A stretch of DNA of 64,000 nucleotides. It comes from Acidobacteriota bacterium (lineage in GTDB: Bacteria; Acidobacteriota; Thermoanaerobaculia; UBA5066; Gp7-AA6). The DNA lies in the NCBI GenBank assembly GCA_027307335.1, contig DAHUXD010000054.1, positions 4,611 to 68,610 on the forward strand, written 5' to 3'. Under the pieces are notes generated by a model that saw only the letters and a program-made list of their open reading frames with translations, searched no databases and was not told the origin of the DNA. Made by a program: the position numbers and the translations under genes. Below, piece after piece: positions 9,842 through 19,675 of the stretch (its first letter is position 1; each line of letters begins with the position of its first letter).

Positions 9842-11940
9842 AGTTCTCCCTCGACTGGCTCGACGACTTCGTCGACGTCGAGGCGGCGGGCGGCGTCGAC
9901 GGCGTGCGCCGGCTGCTCGATCGGGCCGGCATCCCCATCGAGTCGGTCGAGCGCCGCGCCGAGGACGCGATCCTCGAGGCGGAGATCACGCCGAATCGCC
10001 CCGACGCGATGGGCCACCGGGGCCTCGCCCGCGAGATCGCGGCGATGGCCGGGCGTCCGATGCGGGAGTTCGCCGCGCGGTACGCCGAGCCCGAAGGGAG
10101 CGGCGATACGACCGAGCAACTGACCTCGATCGTGATCCAAGTCCCGCACCTGTGCCGCCGGTTCGGCGCCCGCCTCGTGCTCGGCACCGAGGGCCGGCCC
10201 GCCACCGAGATCGTGCGGCGCCGCCTGGCGGCGGTCGGTGCCAAGCCGATCTCGGCCGCCGTCGACGCGACCAACTATGCGCTCTGGGACACCGGTCAGC
10301 CGCTCCACGCGTTCGACTTCGACCGGCTCGCCGGAGGACTCCTCATCGTGCGCCGGGCGCGGCGCGGCGAGAGGCTCGTGACGCTCGATGGCGTCGAGCG
10401 CGCGCTCGAGTCCTCGGACATCGTCGTCGCGGACGCGGAGCGGCCCGTCTCGCTCGCGGGCATCATGGGCGGCCTCGACACGGCGGTGACCGACGCCACC
10501 CGCAACGTGCTCCTCGAAGCCGCGTGGTGGGACCCCGCGACGGTGCGGCGCACGGCCCGACGCCTCGGCCTGCACACGGATGCTTCGCATCGTTTCGAGC
10601 GTGGCGCGGACATCGACGCGATCCCCGGGGCGCTCAACCTCGCAGCGCGCCTGCTCCTCGAGGCGGCGGGCGGCGCGGTCGCGCCGGGACTCCTCGACGC
10701 GCAGGGCAAGCTCTTCCGCATCCGCCGGACCGCGCTGCGCCTCTCGCGGCTGCGCCTCCTCTCGGGCGACGAGCGGATCGGGCTCGACTTCGCCGAGGAG
10801 GCGCTCGTGCGCCTCGGGTTCTCCACGGAGCGCAAGGGGCGCCGGATCTCGGTCTCGATCCCGCTCTTCCGCGCCGACGTGCGCCGCGAGGACGACCTCG
10901 TCGAGGAGGTCCTGCGCGTGTGGGGATACGACCGGCTGCCGTCGCGCCTGCCAGCCTCCGCCAGCGCGGGGAGCGTTCAGGAGCCGCTGCGCGAGGTCGA
11001 GGACCGCCTGAGCGACGCGGCCGCCGCGGCGGGGCTCTTCGAGACCGTGAACTATCCATTCGTCGACCGGACCGCCGACGAGGAACTCTGGGCCGACTGG
11101 CTCCGGCTGACCGAGTCGGCGCCGGAGCCGCTGCCGCTCGCCAACCCTCTCGACGCGTCGCGGCGCCACCTGCGCGCGACCCTCCTGCCGGGCCTCCTCG
11201 ACGCGGCGGCCCGCAATCTGCGGCGCGGCGCGAGCGGGGTCGGCCTGTTCGAGGTCGGCCGCTCCTTCGGCGCCGCGGGTCAATCGGACCATCCCGAGTC
11301 TTACGAGTCGCGGCGCTTCGCGTTCGCCCTCGCGGGCGAGCGGCGCTCGCACTGGAGCTTTCCCGAAAAGCTCCGCCCCGCGGACTTCTTCGACGCGCGC
11401 GGCGTCGTCGAGCGGCTGCTCGAGCCCTGGGTCGCTCCGAAGGACCTGCGGTGGAAGCCGGCGCGCGTCGCGGCCTTGACCGAGGGCGCCGGCGCGCTCG
11501 TGCGGACCGCCGCGGGCGAGCTCCTCGGCCTGGCCGGCCTCGTGTCGGGCGCGGAGCGCGAGCGTCGCGGTCTCGCCGTGCCGGTCTTCGCGGGCGAAAT
11601 CCTCGTCGGCGCGATCCCGTCGGGAGCGAAGCCGTTCCACTTCCGCGAGCTCTCCACGATGCCCGCGATCACGGCGGACCTGTCGCTCACGCATCCGATG
11701 GACCTGACCTGGGAGGAGCTCTCGGCGTTCGTCGTCGGCCGCAACCTCGCGCACCTCGAGTCCTTCCACTGCCTCGATCGCTACGAGGGGCCGGGGGTCG
11801 AGGGCGGGAAGATCAAGACGACGATCCGCCTGACATTCCGCGCGGTGGACCGGACGCTCGAGCAGGAGAAGGTCAACTCGGAGGTGCGGCGTCTCGCCGC
11901 GGAGCTTTCGGCCCTGCCGGGGGTCGCGTTCGGAGCATAG
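9838..11940 (+). CDS. pheT: Phenylalanine--tRNA ligase beta subunit (short form, 700 aa); ATGA overlap with pheS
   Basis: MKFSLDWL start, B3/4 and B5 regions, C-terminal FDX-ACB-like region; ORF 9595..11940 upstream of this ATG is out-of-context read-through. Confidence 0.9.
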   Translation: MKFSLDWLDDFVDVEAAGGVDGVRRLLDRAGIPIESVERRAEDAILEAEITPNRPDAMGHRGLAREIAAMAGRPMREFAARYAEPEGSGDTTEQLTSIVIQVPHLCRRFGARLVLGTEGRPATEIVRRRLAAVGAKPISAAVDATNYALWDTGQPLHAFDFDRLAGGLLIVRRARRGERLVTLDGVERALESSDIVVADAERPVSLAGIMGGLDTAVTDATRNVLLEAAWWDPATVRRTARRLGLHTDASHRFERGADIDAIPGALNLAARLLLEAAGGAVAPGLLDAQGKLFRIRRTALRLSRLRLLSGDERIGLDFAEEALVRLGFSTERKGRRISVSIPLFRADVRREDDLVEEVLRVWGYDRLPSRLPASASAGSVQEPLREVEDRLSDAAAAAGLFETVNYPFVDRTADEELWADWLRLTESAPEPLPLANPLDASRRHLRATLLPGLLDAAARNLRRGASGVGLFEVGRSFGAAGQSDHPESYESRRFAFALAGERRSHWSFPEKLRPADFFDARGVVERLLEPWVAPKDLRWKPARVAALTEGAGALVRTAAGELLGLAGLVSGAERERRGLAVPVFAGEILVGAIPSGAKPFHFRELSTMPAITADLSLTHPMDLTWEELSAFVVGRNLAHLESFHCLDRYEGPGVEGGKIKTTIRLTFRAVDRTLEQEKVNSEVRRLAAELSALPGVAFGA

Positions 11941-11977
11941 CCGGAGAAGGACGGGCCCCCGGGCCCGTGGAGGAAGG

Positions 11978-12223
11978 ATGGACACGACCAAGGTCTTCGA
12001 CACGCTGGATCGCAGGATCGAGAGGCTCCTCGGGCGCCTGAAGCAGCTCGAGTCCGAGAACGAGAAGCTGCGCGGCGACCTCGCCGCCGCGCGCAAGGCG
12101 GAGAAGGATGCGGGCGAGTCCCGCGGCACGGTCGAGCGGCTCGAGCGCGAGCAGGAAGTCGTGCGCGAGCGGCTCGAAAAGCTCATCCGCTCCCTCGAGG
12201 CGGCCGAGGAAAAGAAGTCTTAG
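11978..12223 (+). CDS. Small coiled-coil protein, ZapB-like cell-division protein
   Basis: 81 aa, heptad-rich (LESENEKLRGDLAAARKAEKD), located immediately upstream of zapA. Confidence 0.4.
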   Translation: MDTTKVFDTLDRRIERLLGRLKQLESENEKLRGDLAAARKAEKDAGESRGTVERLEREQEVVRERLEKLIRSLEAAEEKKS

Positions 12224-12307
12224 TGCCTCCGTTACTTAGAGTTAGACGTTGACTCGATCCGGCGGCGCACCTTAGACTCGCGCGGGAAAGGAGTCAGCAT
12301 CTCGTCT

Positions 12308-12601
12308 TTGGACAAGCGGGGCAGTGTGACCCAGGTCGAGATCTTCGGGCAGACGTACAGCGTCCGCGCCGAGGGGGACAGTGGCTACATCCACGACCTG
12401 GCCCGCTTCGTCGATTCCCGAATGAAAGAAGTGGCGGAACGGACGGCGACGGTCGACACCACGAAGATTGCGATTCTCGCCGCCCTCAACATTACGGACG
12501 ATCTTTACCAGGCGGAAAAACGTCGGCAGGGCGACCCTACGGATGCGAAGGCCCGTGCGGAGCGCCTGATTCGAAAACTGGACGACGCCCTGGGCGCCTG
12601 A
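12308..12601 (+). CDS. zapA: Cell division protein ZapA (TTG start)
   Basis: VTQVEIFGQTYSVRAEGD N-terminus typical of ZapA; about 97 aa; AAGGAG RBS. Confidence 0.7.
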   Translation: MDKRGSVTQVEIFGQTYSVRAEGDSGYIHDLARFVDSRMKEVAERTATVDTTKIAILAALNITDDLYQAEKRRQGDPTDAKARAERLIRKLDDALGA

Positions 12602-12756
12602 AGGCGAAGCGTCGGCACCCCGAGCAATCGGGGACACACGATCGGAAAAAGCATTGGTCCTGAGTCAGGTCCCGGTCCCGGAGGTCCCTAAACTTCGCCG
12701 GAACAGCCGGTTCCGGTCCATCGTGTAGCCGCATCTCCATCCGGCGCCCCCGGGCA

Positions 12757-14337
12757 TTGGGGGGGCGAATGAACACAACTCTCGCGACCGCGATCGCGGC
12801 CGGCCTCGTGCTGGCGGCGATCCTGCTCGCCGTCGGCTGGCTCCTCTTGAAGAAGAGGGTCGAGCGCGAGCGCCAGGGGATCCGCACCGAGGCCGACCGG
12901 GCCCTCGCCGAGGCGAAGAAGCAGGCCGAGTCGAAAGTCCGCGAGGCCGACATCGAGGCGAAGGAGAAGGTCCTCGCGGCCCGGGTCGAGTTCGACAAGA
13001 CCGTTCAGGCCCGGCGGCAGGAGATCGCCGGGCTCGAGAAGCGGGTCCAGCAGAAGGAGGAGAACCTCGACCGCAAGCTCGCCCAGCAGGAGCGGCGCGA
13101 GGAGGAGTACGGCCGCAAGGAGAAGGCCATCGCCGACCAGCAGAAGAAGCTGGAGGACAAGCAGGCGGAGATCGAGCTCGTCGTCGAGGAGCAGAAGAGG
13201 CGCCTCGAGCAGATCTCCGGGCTGACGGCGGTCGACGCGAAACGGGACCTCGTCAAGTCGGTCGAGAACGAGGCGCGGCTCGAGGCCGCCGGCCTGATCC
13301 GGCGCATCGAGGAGGAGGCGAACGAGCAGGCGACGCAGAAGGCCCGCCGGATCATCGGCATGGCCATCCAGCGCCTCGCCTCGGACACGGTGGTCGAGGC
13401 GACCGTGTCCGTCGTGGAGCTTCCCTCCGACGACCTGAAGGGACGGATCATCGGCCGCGAGGGCCGCAACATCCGCGCGCTCGAGGCGGCGACCGGCGTC
13501 GACCTGATCATCGACGACACGCCGGAGGCGATCGTCATCTCCGCGTTCGAGCCCCTGCGCCGCGAGGTCGCGCGCCACGCGCTCGAGAAGCTGATCGTGG
13601 ACGGCCGCATCCACCCGGCCCGCATCGAGGAAATCGTCGAGAAGGTCCGCTCCGAGCTCTGGGAAAGGATCCGCCAGGAGGGCGAGGCGACGGCCCTCGA
13701 GTTCGGGATCTCGGACCTTCACCCCGAGCTCATCAAGATGCTGGGCCGCCTGAAGTACCGCACGTCGTACGGCCAGAACGTGCTCCAGCACTCGAAGGAG
13801 GTCGGCTGGCTCGCCATGAACATGGCGGCGGAGCTCGGCGCCGACGTCGAGGTCGTGCGGCGCGCGGGGCTCCTCCACGACATCGGCAAGGCGATCGACC
13901 GCGAGATGGAGGGCACCCACCTCGAGCTCGGCCGCGAGGTGCTGAAGAAGTTCGGCGAGTCGAACGAAGTGATCCACGCGATGGAGTGCCACCACGGCGA
14001 CTACGAGCCGCGCTCGCTCGAGGCGGTGCTCGTCAACGGCGCCGACGCGCTGTCGGCGGCGCGGCCCGGTGCGCGGCGCGAGATCCTGGAGACCTACGTC
14101 AAGCGGCTCGAGAAGCTCGAGCACATCGCCGACGGCTTCAAGGGCGTGCAGAAATCGTTCGCGATCCAGGCGGGGCGCGAGCTCCGCATCGTCGTCGAGG
14201 CGAACCGCGTCTCGGACGACGAGGCGCTGTGGCTCTCCCGCGACGTCGCGAAGAAGATCGAGGCGGAGCTGCAGTACCCGGGTCAGATCAAGGTGACGGT
14301 GATCCGCGAGACGCGGGCGGTCGAGTACGCGCGCTAG
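12757..14337 (+). CDS. rny: Ribonuclease Y
   Basis: N-terminal TM helix, coiled-coil, KH domain ([13 protein letters not shown]), HD domain (HDIGK); alternative ATG at 12769. Confidence 0.9.
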   Translation: MGGRMNTTLATAIAAGLVLAAILLAVGWLLLKKRVERERQGIRTEADRALAEAKKQAESKVREADIEAKEKVLAARVEFDKTVQARRQEIAGLEKRVQQKEENLDRKLAQQERREEEYGRKEKAIADQQKKLEDKQAEIELVVEEQKRRLEQISGLTAVDAKRDLVKSVENEARLEAAGLIRRIEEEANEQATQKARRIIGMAIQRLASDTVVEATVSVVELPSDDLKGRIIGREGRNIRALEAATGVDLIIDDTPEAIVISAFEPLRREVARHALEKLIVDGRIHPARIEEIVEKVRSELWERIRQEGEATALEFGISDLHPELIKMLGRLKYRTSYGQNVLQHSKEVGWLAMNMAAELGADVEVVRRAGLLHDIGKAIDREMEGTHLELGREVLKKFGESNEVIHAMECHHGDYEPRSLEAVLVNGADALSAARPGARREILETYVKRLEKLEHIADGFKGVQKSFAIQAGRELRIVVEANRVSDDEALWLSRDVAKKIEAELQYPGQIKVTVIRETRAVEYAR

Positions 14338-15120
14338 ATGAACATCCTGTTCGTCGGCGACGTCGTGGGCGCCCCCGGAAGGCGCGCCCTCGTGGAGGGC
14401 CTCGAGGGGGTCATCGACCGGCACCGGATCGACTTCACGATCGTCAACATCGAGAACGCCGCGGGCGGCTTCGGCCTGACGAACGAGCTGTTCGACGAGA
14501 TGTCGAAGATGCCGATCGACGTGTTCTCGTCCGGCAACCACATCTGGGACAAGAAGGAGATCTACGACGCGCTGAACGCGTCGGACCGCCTCCTCCGGCC
14601 GGCGAACTACCCGCCCGGGAATCCCGGCCGCGGGTGGACGGTCCAGAAGACGGCCGCGGGGATCCCGGTGGGCGTGCTGAACCTGCAGGGCCAGGTCTTC
14701 ATGCCGGCCCACGCGGACTCGCCCTTCCGGATCGCCGACGAGGAGCTCGCCCGCGCCGGCGACGTGAAGGTCGTCGTGGTCGACATGCACGCCGAGGCGA
14801 CGTCGGAGAAGGCCGCCATCAGCTGGTACCTCGACGGCCGCGTGTCGGCGGTCCTCGGCACGCACACGCACGTGCCCACGGCGGACGAGACGATCCGCCC
14901 CGGTGGAAGCGCGTACCTGTCGGACGTCGGCATGACCGGCGCGTACGAGGGGATCATCGGTTTCTCGAAGGACCGCATCATCGAGAAGTTCCTGTCCCAG
15001 ACGCCGCGCGCGTTCGAGACGGCGAAGAAGGACATCCGGCTGTCGGGCGCCGTTCTCGACGTCGACGAGGCGACCGGCCGCGCGCGGAAGATCGAGCGCG
15101 TGCAGGTGAGGGTGGACTAG
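14338..15120 (+). CDS. ymdB: TIGR00282-family metallophosphoesterase (YmdB-like), start abuts rny stop
   Basis: MNILFVGDVVG...GNHIWDKKE; conserved rny-ymdB pairing. Confidence 0.85.
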   Translation: MNILFVGDVVGAPGRRALVEGLEGVIDRHRIDFTIVNIENAAGGFGLTNELFDEMSKMPIDVFSSGNHIWDKKEIYDALNASDRLLRPANYPPGNPGRGWTVQKTAAGIPVGVLNLQGQVFMPAHADSPFRIADEELARAGDVKVVVVDMHAEATSEKAAISWYLDGRVSAVLGTHTHVPTADETIRPGGSAYLSDVGMTGAYEGIIGFSKDRIIEKFLSQTPRAFETAKKDIRLSGAVLDVDEATGRARKIERVQVRVD

Positions 15121-15129
15121 GAACCGTCC

Positions 15130-16020
15130 GTGACCGCCGATTCCGGCGCTCCCGCCGTTTCCGCCGCGGGATCCGTGCCCGCCCGCTCCTCCCCGGCGAC
15201 CCGCCCCGCCTTGACCGCGATCATCACCACGTTCAACGAAGAGGACAACATCCTCAAGTGCCTCGAGAGCGTGGCGTTCGCGGACGAGGTCCTGCTCATC
15301 GACTCGTTCTCGACCGACCGCACCATCGAGATCGCTCGCGCGGTGCCGGGAGTCCGGATCGTCCAGCGCGAGTACTTCGGCTCCGCCGCCCAGAAGAACT
15401 GGGCGATGGACCAGATCACGACGCCGTGGCTCCTCATCGTGGACGCGGACGAGCGGATCCCGGAGCGCCTCTCGCGAGAGATCCTCTCGCTGCTCGAGCG
15501 CGGGCCGGAGGAGGACCATTACTACATCCGCCGGGAGAACGTCTTCGTCGACCGGGTCATCCGGCATTCGGGGTGGTCGACCGACAAGGTCGTGCGGCTC
15601 ATGCGCCGCGGCACGGCGCGCTACCCGAACCGGCGCGTGCACGCCGACCTCGACGCGCAGGGGCCGACGCCGACGTTGCTCGCGCCGATGGTCCACTACA
15701 CGTGCCGCTCGCTCGACCAGTACCTCGAGAAGCTCCATCGCTACGCGACGTGGGGCGCCGCGGACGCCTTCCGGCATGGCCGCCGGGCAGGGGTCACCGA
15801 GCTCCTGTTCCGCCCGTTCTGGCGCTTCGTGCGCATGTACGTGATCCAGGGCGGCTTCCTCGACGGCCGGCACGGCCTCGTCCTCTGCGGCCTGCAGGCG
15901 TGGAGCGTCTTCCTGAAGTGGTCGAAGGTGTGGGAGTGGCACCGATTCCGCAAGAACGGCTGGCCGGTCGACCTTCCCGCGTATGATGAGGCCCCCGAGA
16001 CCTGGGAAGGACGCGGATGA
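15130..16020 (+). CDS. Glycosyltransferase family 2 protein
   Basis: AIITTFNEEDNI...DSFSTDRT GT-A N-terminal signature. Confidence 0.8.
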   Translation: MTADSGAPAVSAAGSVPARSSPATRPALTAIITTFNEEDNILKCLESVAFADEVLLIDSFSTDRTIEIARAVPGVRIVQREYFGSAAQKNWAMDQITTPWLLIVDADERIPERLSREILSLLERGPEEDHYYIRRENVFVDRVIRHSGWSTDKVVRLMRRGTARYPNRRVHADLDAQGPTPTLLAPMVHYTCRSLDQYLEKLHRYATWGAADAFRHGRRAGVTELLFRPFWRFVRMYVIQGGFLDGRHGLVLCGLQAWSVFLKWSKVWEWHRFRKNGWPVDLPAYDEAPETWEGRG

Positions 16021-16055
16021 TCGGGGTCCTGAAGCTGCTGCTGCGGAGGCCCAAG

Positions 16056-16493
16056 ATGCTCGCCGTCGGAAATCCGGCCCCCTCGTTCGACGTCCTCGAT
16101 CACAACGGCGCGCGCCGCCGCCTCTCGGACTACCGGGGAAAGAACGTCGTCCTCTGGTTCTACCCGAAGGCCGACACTCCCGGTTGAACGGCCGAGGGTT
16201 GCGGGTTCCGCGACCTCTATTCGGAGTTCCAGAAGAAGAACACCGAGATCCTGGGCGTCTCCTTCGACACCGTCGAGGAGAACGCCGCCTTCGCGAAGAA
16301 GTTCGACTATCCCTTCCCGCTCCTCTGCGACGTGCAGCGGGAGATCGGGATGGCCTACGGCGCGTGCGACGACCCGAAGGCGCAGTACGCGAGCCGGATC
16401 ACGTACGTCATCGGCCCGGACGGAAAGATCGCGCAGGCGCACCCGAAACTCACGCCGAAGACGCATCCGAAGGAGATCCTGGCGAGCTTGTAG
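16056..16493 (+). CDS. Bcp-type peroxiredoxin with in-frame UGA (16185-16187) at the peroxidatic-Cys position; putative selenoprotein. Alternative start ATG 16017
   Basis: Manual translation: ...VVLWFYPKADTPG-[TGA]-TAEGCGFRD...; canonical Bcp motif is FYPKDxTPGCTxExCxFRD, and the resolving Cys at +5 is retained; the frame stays open to TAG 16491-16493; the stop-delimited ORF track dropped both halves. Confidence 0.7.
16194..16217 (+). other. GC-rich hairpin 7 nt downstream of the in-frame UGA (candidate bacterial SECIS)
   Basis: GAGG-gtt-GCGG-gtt-CCGC-ga-CCTC read from the sequence. Confidence 0.25.
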
Positions 16494-16530
16494 ACCACGC
16501 GCCGGTATACTCCGACGCCGGAGGTCAACG

Positions 16531-16785
16531 ATGGCGGTCGATCCGGAGCTTCTGGCGATTCTCGTGTGCCCCAAGACCAAGGGGCCGCTCGAGCTCGTCG
16601 ATCTTCCCGAGGCGACCCGCAAGACCCTCGTCGAGAAGTACCGGGAGAAGTTCCGGGACGAGGAGCCGGTCGTGACGCAGGGGCTCTACTCGAAGCAGGC
16701 CGATCTCGTCTATCCGATCGTGTCGGACATTCCCGTGATGCTGATCGACGAGGCGCTGCCGGGGGCGGAGGCCGGGAAGCGGTAG
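16531..16785 (+). CDS. Trm112-family protein (UPF0434/YcaR-like)
   Basis: LLAILVCPKTKGPLEL ... VYPIVSDIPVML. Confidence 0.8.
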   Translation: MAVDPELLAILVCPKTKGPLELVDLPEATRKTLVEKYREKFRDEEPVVTQGLYSKQADLVYPIVSDIPVMLIDEALPGAEAGKR

Positions 16786-16828
16786 GAACGCCGGGACGGA
16801 GGAAGGCAGACCGCAGACGGCAGACGCG

Positions 16829-17992
16829 ATGAGGGGCCGATCGCTCGCATTCGGCTTGCTCTGTCTCTTCGCGTGCCTGACTCCATTCATCGCACCGGCG
16901 TACATCGTCACCGGGCCGCTCCTCCTCGCCTGGATCCTCGAGCTCCGCCGCGAGCCGGGCCGCCGCGACTGCTTCCGCGGGCTGTTCGTCTTTCTCTTCC
17001 TCGTGCTCGCGCTCCTCACGATCGGCTCGGCCGTGTTCTCCCGGGACCCCGCCGCGAGCGCGCGGCATCTCGGCGGACTCGGCCTCTTCCTGCTCGTGCC
17101 CGCCACGATCGACCTCGTCGATTCGCCCGAGCGCGGCCGCGCCGTCGTGCTGTCGTTCGCGGCGAGCGCGGTCCTCCTCTCGGTATACGGCGTCTGGCAG
17201 TTCTTTCACGGCGGCGACGACCTCCACGCGCGGATCCGCAGCACGCTTTCCCACTACATGACGTTCTCGGGCCTCGCCGTGCTCGCGGGCTGCCTGCTGC
17301 TCGGCTTCGGCTTCGAGGCTCGCGGGCGGGCGCGGCTTCTCGGCGCGCTCGCTCTGGTGCCGCTCGGCGCGGTGCTCCTGACCTTCACCCGCAACGCGTA
17401 CGTCGGGCTCGTCGCGGCGCTCGTGCTCTTCGCGGCGGTCCGGCGGCCGGCGCTGCTCCTGCCGATCGCCGCGGTCCTCGTCGCCGTCTATCTCCTCGCG
17501 CCGCCCGGCATCCGCGACCGCATCCGGTCGACCGCGGACCTCTCGGACCCGACGAACCGGGACCGGATCGCGATGGCGAAGGCCGGGTGGCGCATGGTGC
17601 GGGAGAACCCGGTCTTCGGCCTCGGCAACGACATGGTCCAGCCCTACTACCCGCTCTACCGCGAGCCCGGGGCGCCGCGCTGGAACGTCCCTCACCTCCA
17701 CGACAACGTCATCCAGCTCGCGGCGGCGAACGGGCCCTTCGCCGCCGCGGCCTACGTCGCGATCGTGCTGTTCTTCCTCGCCCGCGCGATCGCCCTCGTG
17801 CGCCGGCGCGATGCGCCGGACCGCGCGAGTCTCTGGGCGGGAGCGCTGCTCGCCGGGGCGGCCATCTCGGTGGCCGGCCTCTTCGAATACAACTTCGGCG
17901 ACACCGAGGTCGAGATGGCGACGCTCATCGTGCTCGCGCTCCCGTTCTCGCGGGCGACGGGCGCGCTCGGCCCAGCCGGGCCTCCGGGCTAG
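16829..17992 (+). CDS. O-antigen ligase / Wzy_C-family polytopic membrane protein
   Basis: About 10 TM segments; LTFTRNAYVGLV segment resembles the Wzy_C core. Confidence 0.5.
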   Translation: MRGRSLAFGLLCLFACLTPFIAPAYIVTGPLLLAWILELRREPGRRDCFRGLFVFLFLVLALLTIGSAVFSRDPAASARHLGGLGLFLLVPATIDLVDSPERGRAVVLSFAASAVLLSVYGVWQFFHGGDDLHARIRSTLSHYMTFSGLAVLAGCLLLGFGFEARGRARLLGALALVPLGAVLLTFTRNAYVGLVAALVLFAAVRRPALLLPIAAVLVAVYLLAPPGIRDRIRSTADLSDPTNRDRIAMAKAGWRMVRENPVFGLGNDMVQPYYPLYREPGAPRWNVPHLHDNVIQLAAANGPFAAAAYVAIVLFFLARAIALVRRRDAPDRASLWAGALLAGAAISVAGLFEYNFGDTEVEMATLIVLALPFSRATGALGPAGPPG

Positions 17993-18002
17993 AATCGCAC
18001 GG

Positions 18003-19406
18003 ATGTACCCGCGCCCCGTTCCCGCCGCCGCGCCGCCGCGGCCGTACACGGTCACCGAGCTGCTCGCTGAGGTCGGATCGGTGATGCGCACCACGTGGCG
18101 GGACGTGGCGGTCGTCGGCGAGGTGGCCCGATTCGACGAGCGCGGCGGCCACGGCTACTTCGTGCTGAAGGATAAGACGGCCTCGCTCTCCGGCATCATC
18201 TTCGCCACGGAGCTGCGCCGCGTGCCGTTCCGCATCGAGCCGGGCCTCGAGGTCGTCGTGCGGGGCAGCCTCGACCTCTACGCGCCGCAGGGCCGGTTCC
18301 AGATCAAGGCGTTCGCGGTCGAGCCGGTCGGCCGCGGCGCGCTGCAGCTCGCGTTCGAGCAGCTCAAGGCGCGCCTGGAGGCGGAGGGCCTCTTCGCCCC
18401 CGAGCGCAAGCGGCCGATCCCGAAGCTGCCGCGGCGGATCGCGGTCGTGACGTCGCCGACGGGCGCCGTCCTGCGCGACATCCTGCACGTGCTCTCGCGG
18501 CGCTTCGACGGCCTCGCGGTCACCGTCTATCCCGTGCGGGTCCAGGGAGAGCTCGCGGCCGCGGAGATCGTGAGCGCGCTCGCGCACCTCGGCCGCCGCG
18601 GCGGATTCGACGTCCTCATCCTGGCTCGCGGCGGCGGATCGCCGGAGGACCTCGCGCCTTTCAACGACGAGAGGGTGGCGAGGGCGCTCGCGCGCTCGCC
18701 GATCCCGACGATCTCGGGCGTGGGCCACGAGACCGACGTGAAGATCGCCGACCTCGTCGCGGACCTGCGCGCTCCGACGCCGTCGGCCGCGGCCGAGCTG
18801 GTCGTCGCCTGCAAGGAGGACGTCCTGCGGCGGCTCTCGGCCGGCCGGGGGCGCGTGCTCCGGGCGATGCGGGCGCGTCTGGGCCTCGAGCGGGCGCACC
18901 TGACGGCCCGCGTCCGGGCGGAGGCGCTCGTCGGCTTCCGCCGGCGGCTCGCGCGGCGCCGCGAGGCGGTCGCCCAGAGCCGCGACGCGCTGGTGACCTT
19001 CCTCCGGCGCCGCCCCGCGGAATACGCCGCGCGCATCGGGGCCGCGCGGGAGAGCCTCGAGGACTTCGTGCACACCGCCGAGCTGCCGCGCCGCCGCGAC
19101 CGGGTGGCGGGCCTGCGAGCGCTCCTCGAACAGAAGACGTGTCGGCAGCTCGACCGGCGCCGCGCCTCGCTCGAGGGCTGCGCGAGCCGCCTGCAGGCGC
19201 TCTCGCCGCTCGCCGTGCTCGCCCGCGGGTACGCCGTCGCGTTCCGCGAGAAGCGGCGCGCGCCGCTGACGTCGGCGGCCGAGGTCGCGGTCGGCGATCG
19301 CATCCGCATCCGGCTGCACCAGGGAGAGATCGGCGCCATCGTGCGCGAGGGCGGCAGGAAGCTCGACCCGGGGCCGCTCTTCGCCGATCGCGAGGAGGGG
19401 GAGTGA
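18003..19406 (+). CDS. xseA: Exodeoxyribonuclease VII large subunit
   Basis: N-terminal OB fold; RIAVVTSPTGAVLRDIL; GGGSPEDL. Confidence 0.9.
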   Translation: MYPRPVPAAAPPRPYTVTELLAEVGSVMRTTWRDVAVVGEVARFDERGGHGYFVLKDKTASLSGIIFATELRRVPFRIEPGLEVVVRGSLDLYAPQGRFQIKAFAVEPVGRGALQLAFEQLKARLEAEGLFAPERKRPIPKLPRRIAVVTSPTGAVLRDILHVLSRRFDGLAVTVYPVRVQGELAAAEIVSALAHLGRRGGFDVLILARGGGSPEDLAPFNDERVARALARSPIPTISGVGHETDVKIADLVADLRAPTPSAAAELVVACKEDVLRRLSAGRGRVLRAMRARLGLERAHLTARVRAEALVGFRRRLARRREAVAQSRDALVTFLRRRPAEYAARIGAARESLEDFVHTAELPRRRDRVAGLRALLEQKTCRQLDRRRASLEGCASRLQALSPLAVLARGYAVAFREKRRAPLTSAAEVAVGDRIRIRLHQGEIGAIVREGGRKLDPGPLFADREEGE

Positions 19407-19414
19407 CGGTCCGC

Positions 19415-19675
19415 ATGAAGAAGGAGAAGAGCTTCGAGGAGGCGATGGAGCGGCTGGAGGCCATCGTGGCCGAGCTGGAGGGCGAGGACCGGGGCCTCGA
19501 GGAGCAGTTCGCGCTCTTCCAGGAGGGCATGGAGCTCGCGCGGCTGTGCGACAAGAAACTCGGCGAGGTCGAGAAGTCCGTCGAGATCGTGCTGAAGGAC
19601 GCCGCCGGGGAGTGGAAGACGGCGCCGTTCGACCCGGGCCGCGCCGCCGAGGACGAGGATGCCGACCGGGGCTGA
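19415..19675 (+). CDS. xseB: Exodeoxyribonuclease VII small subunit
   Basis: SFEEAMERLEAIVAELEGED. Confidence 0.85.
   Translation: MKKEKSFEEAMERLEAIVAELEGEDRGLEEQFALFQEGMELARLCDKKLGEVEKSVEIVLKDAAGEWKTAPFDPGRAAEDEDADRG

Noticed and set aside
11941-11977. ACGGGCCCCCGGGCCCGT palindrome between pheT and the zapB-like gene
   Set aside because: The loop is too short for a stable terminator hairpin and there is no U-tract. It is noted only as a possible weak attenuator.
15937-15951. TGGCACCGATTCCGC sigma-54-like motif about 70-105 nt upstream of the Sec-Prx gene
   Set aside because: Lies inside the GT2 coding sequence. The -12 is CCGC, and a hexamer plus GC spacing of this kind is expected about twice by chance in 128 kb of both strands.
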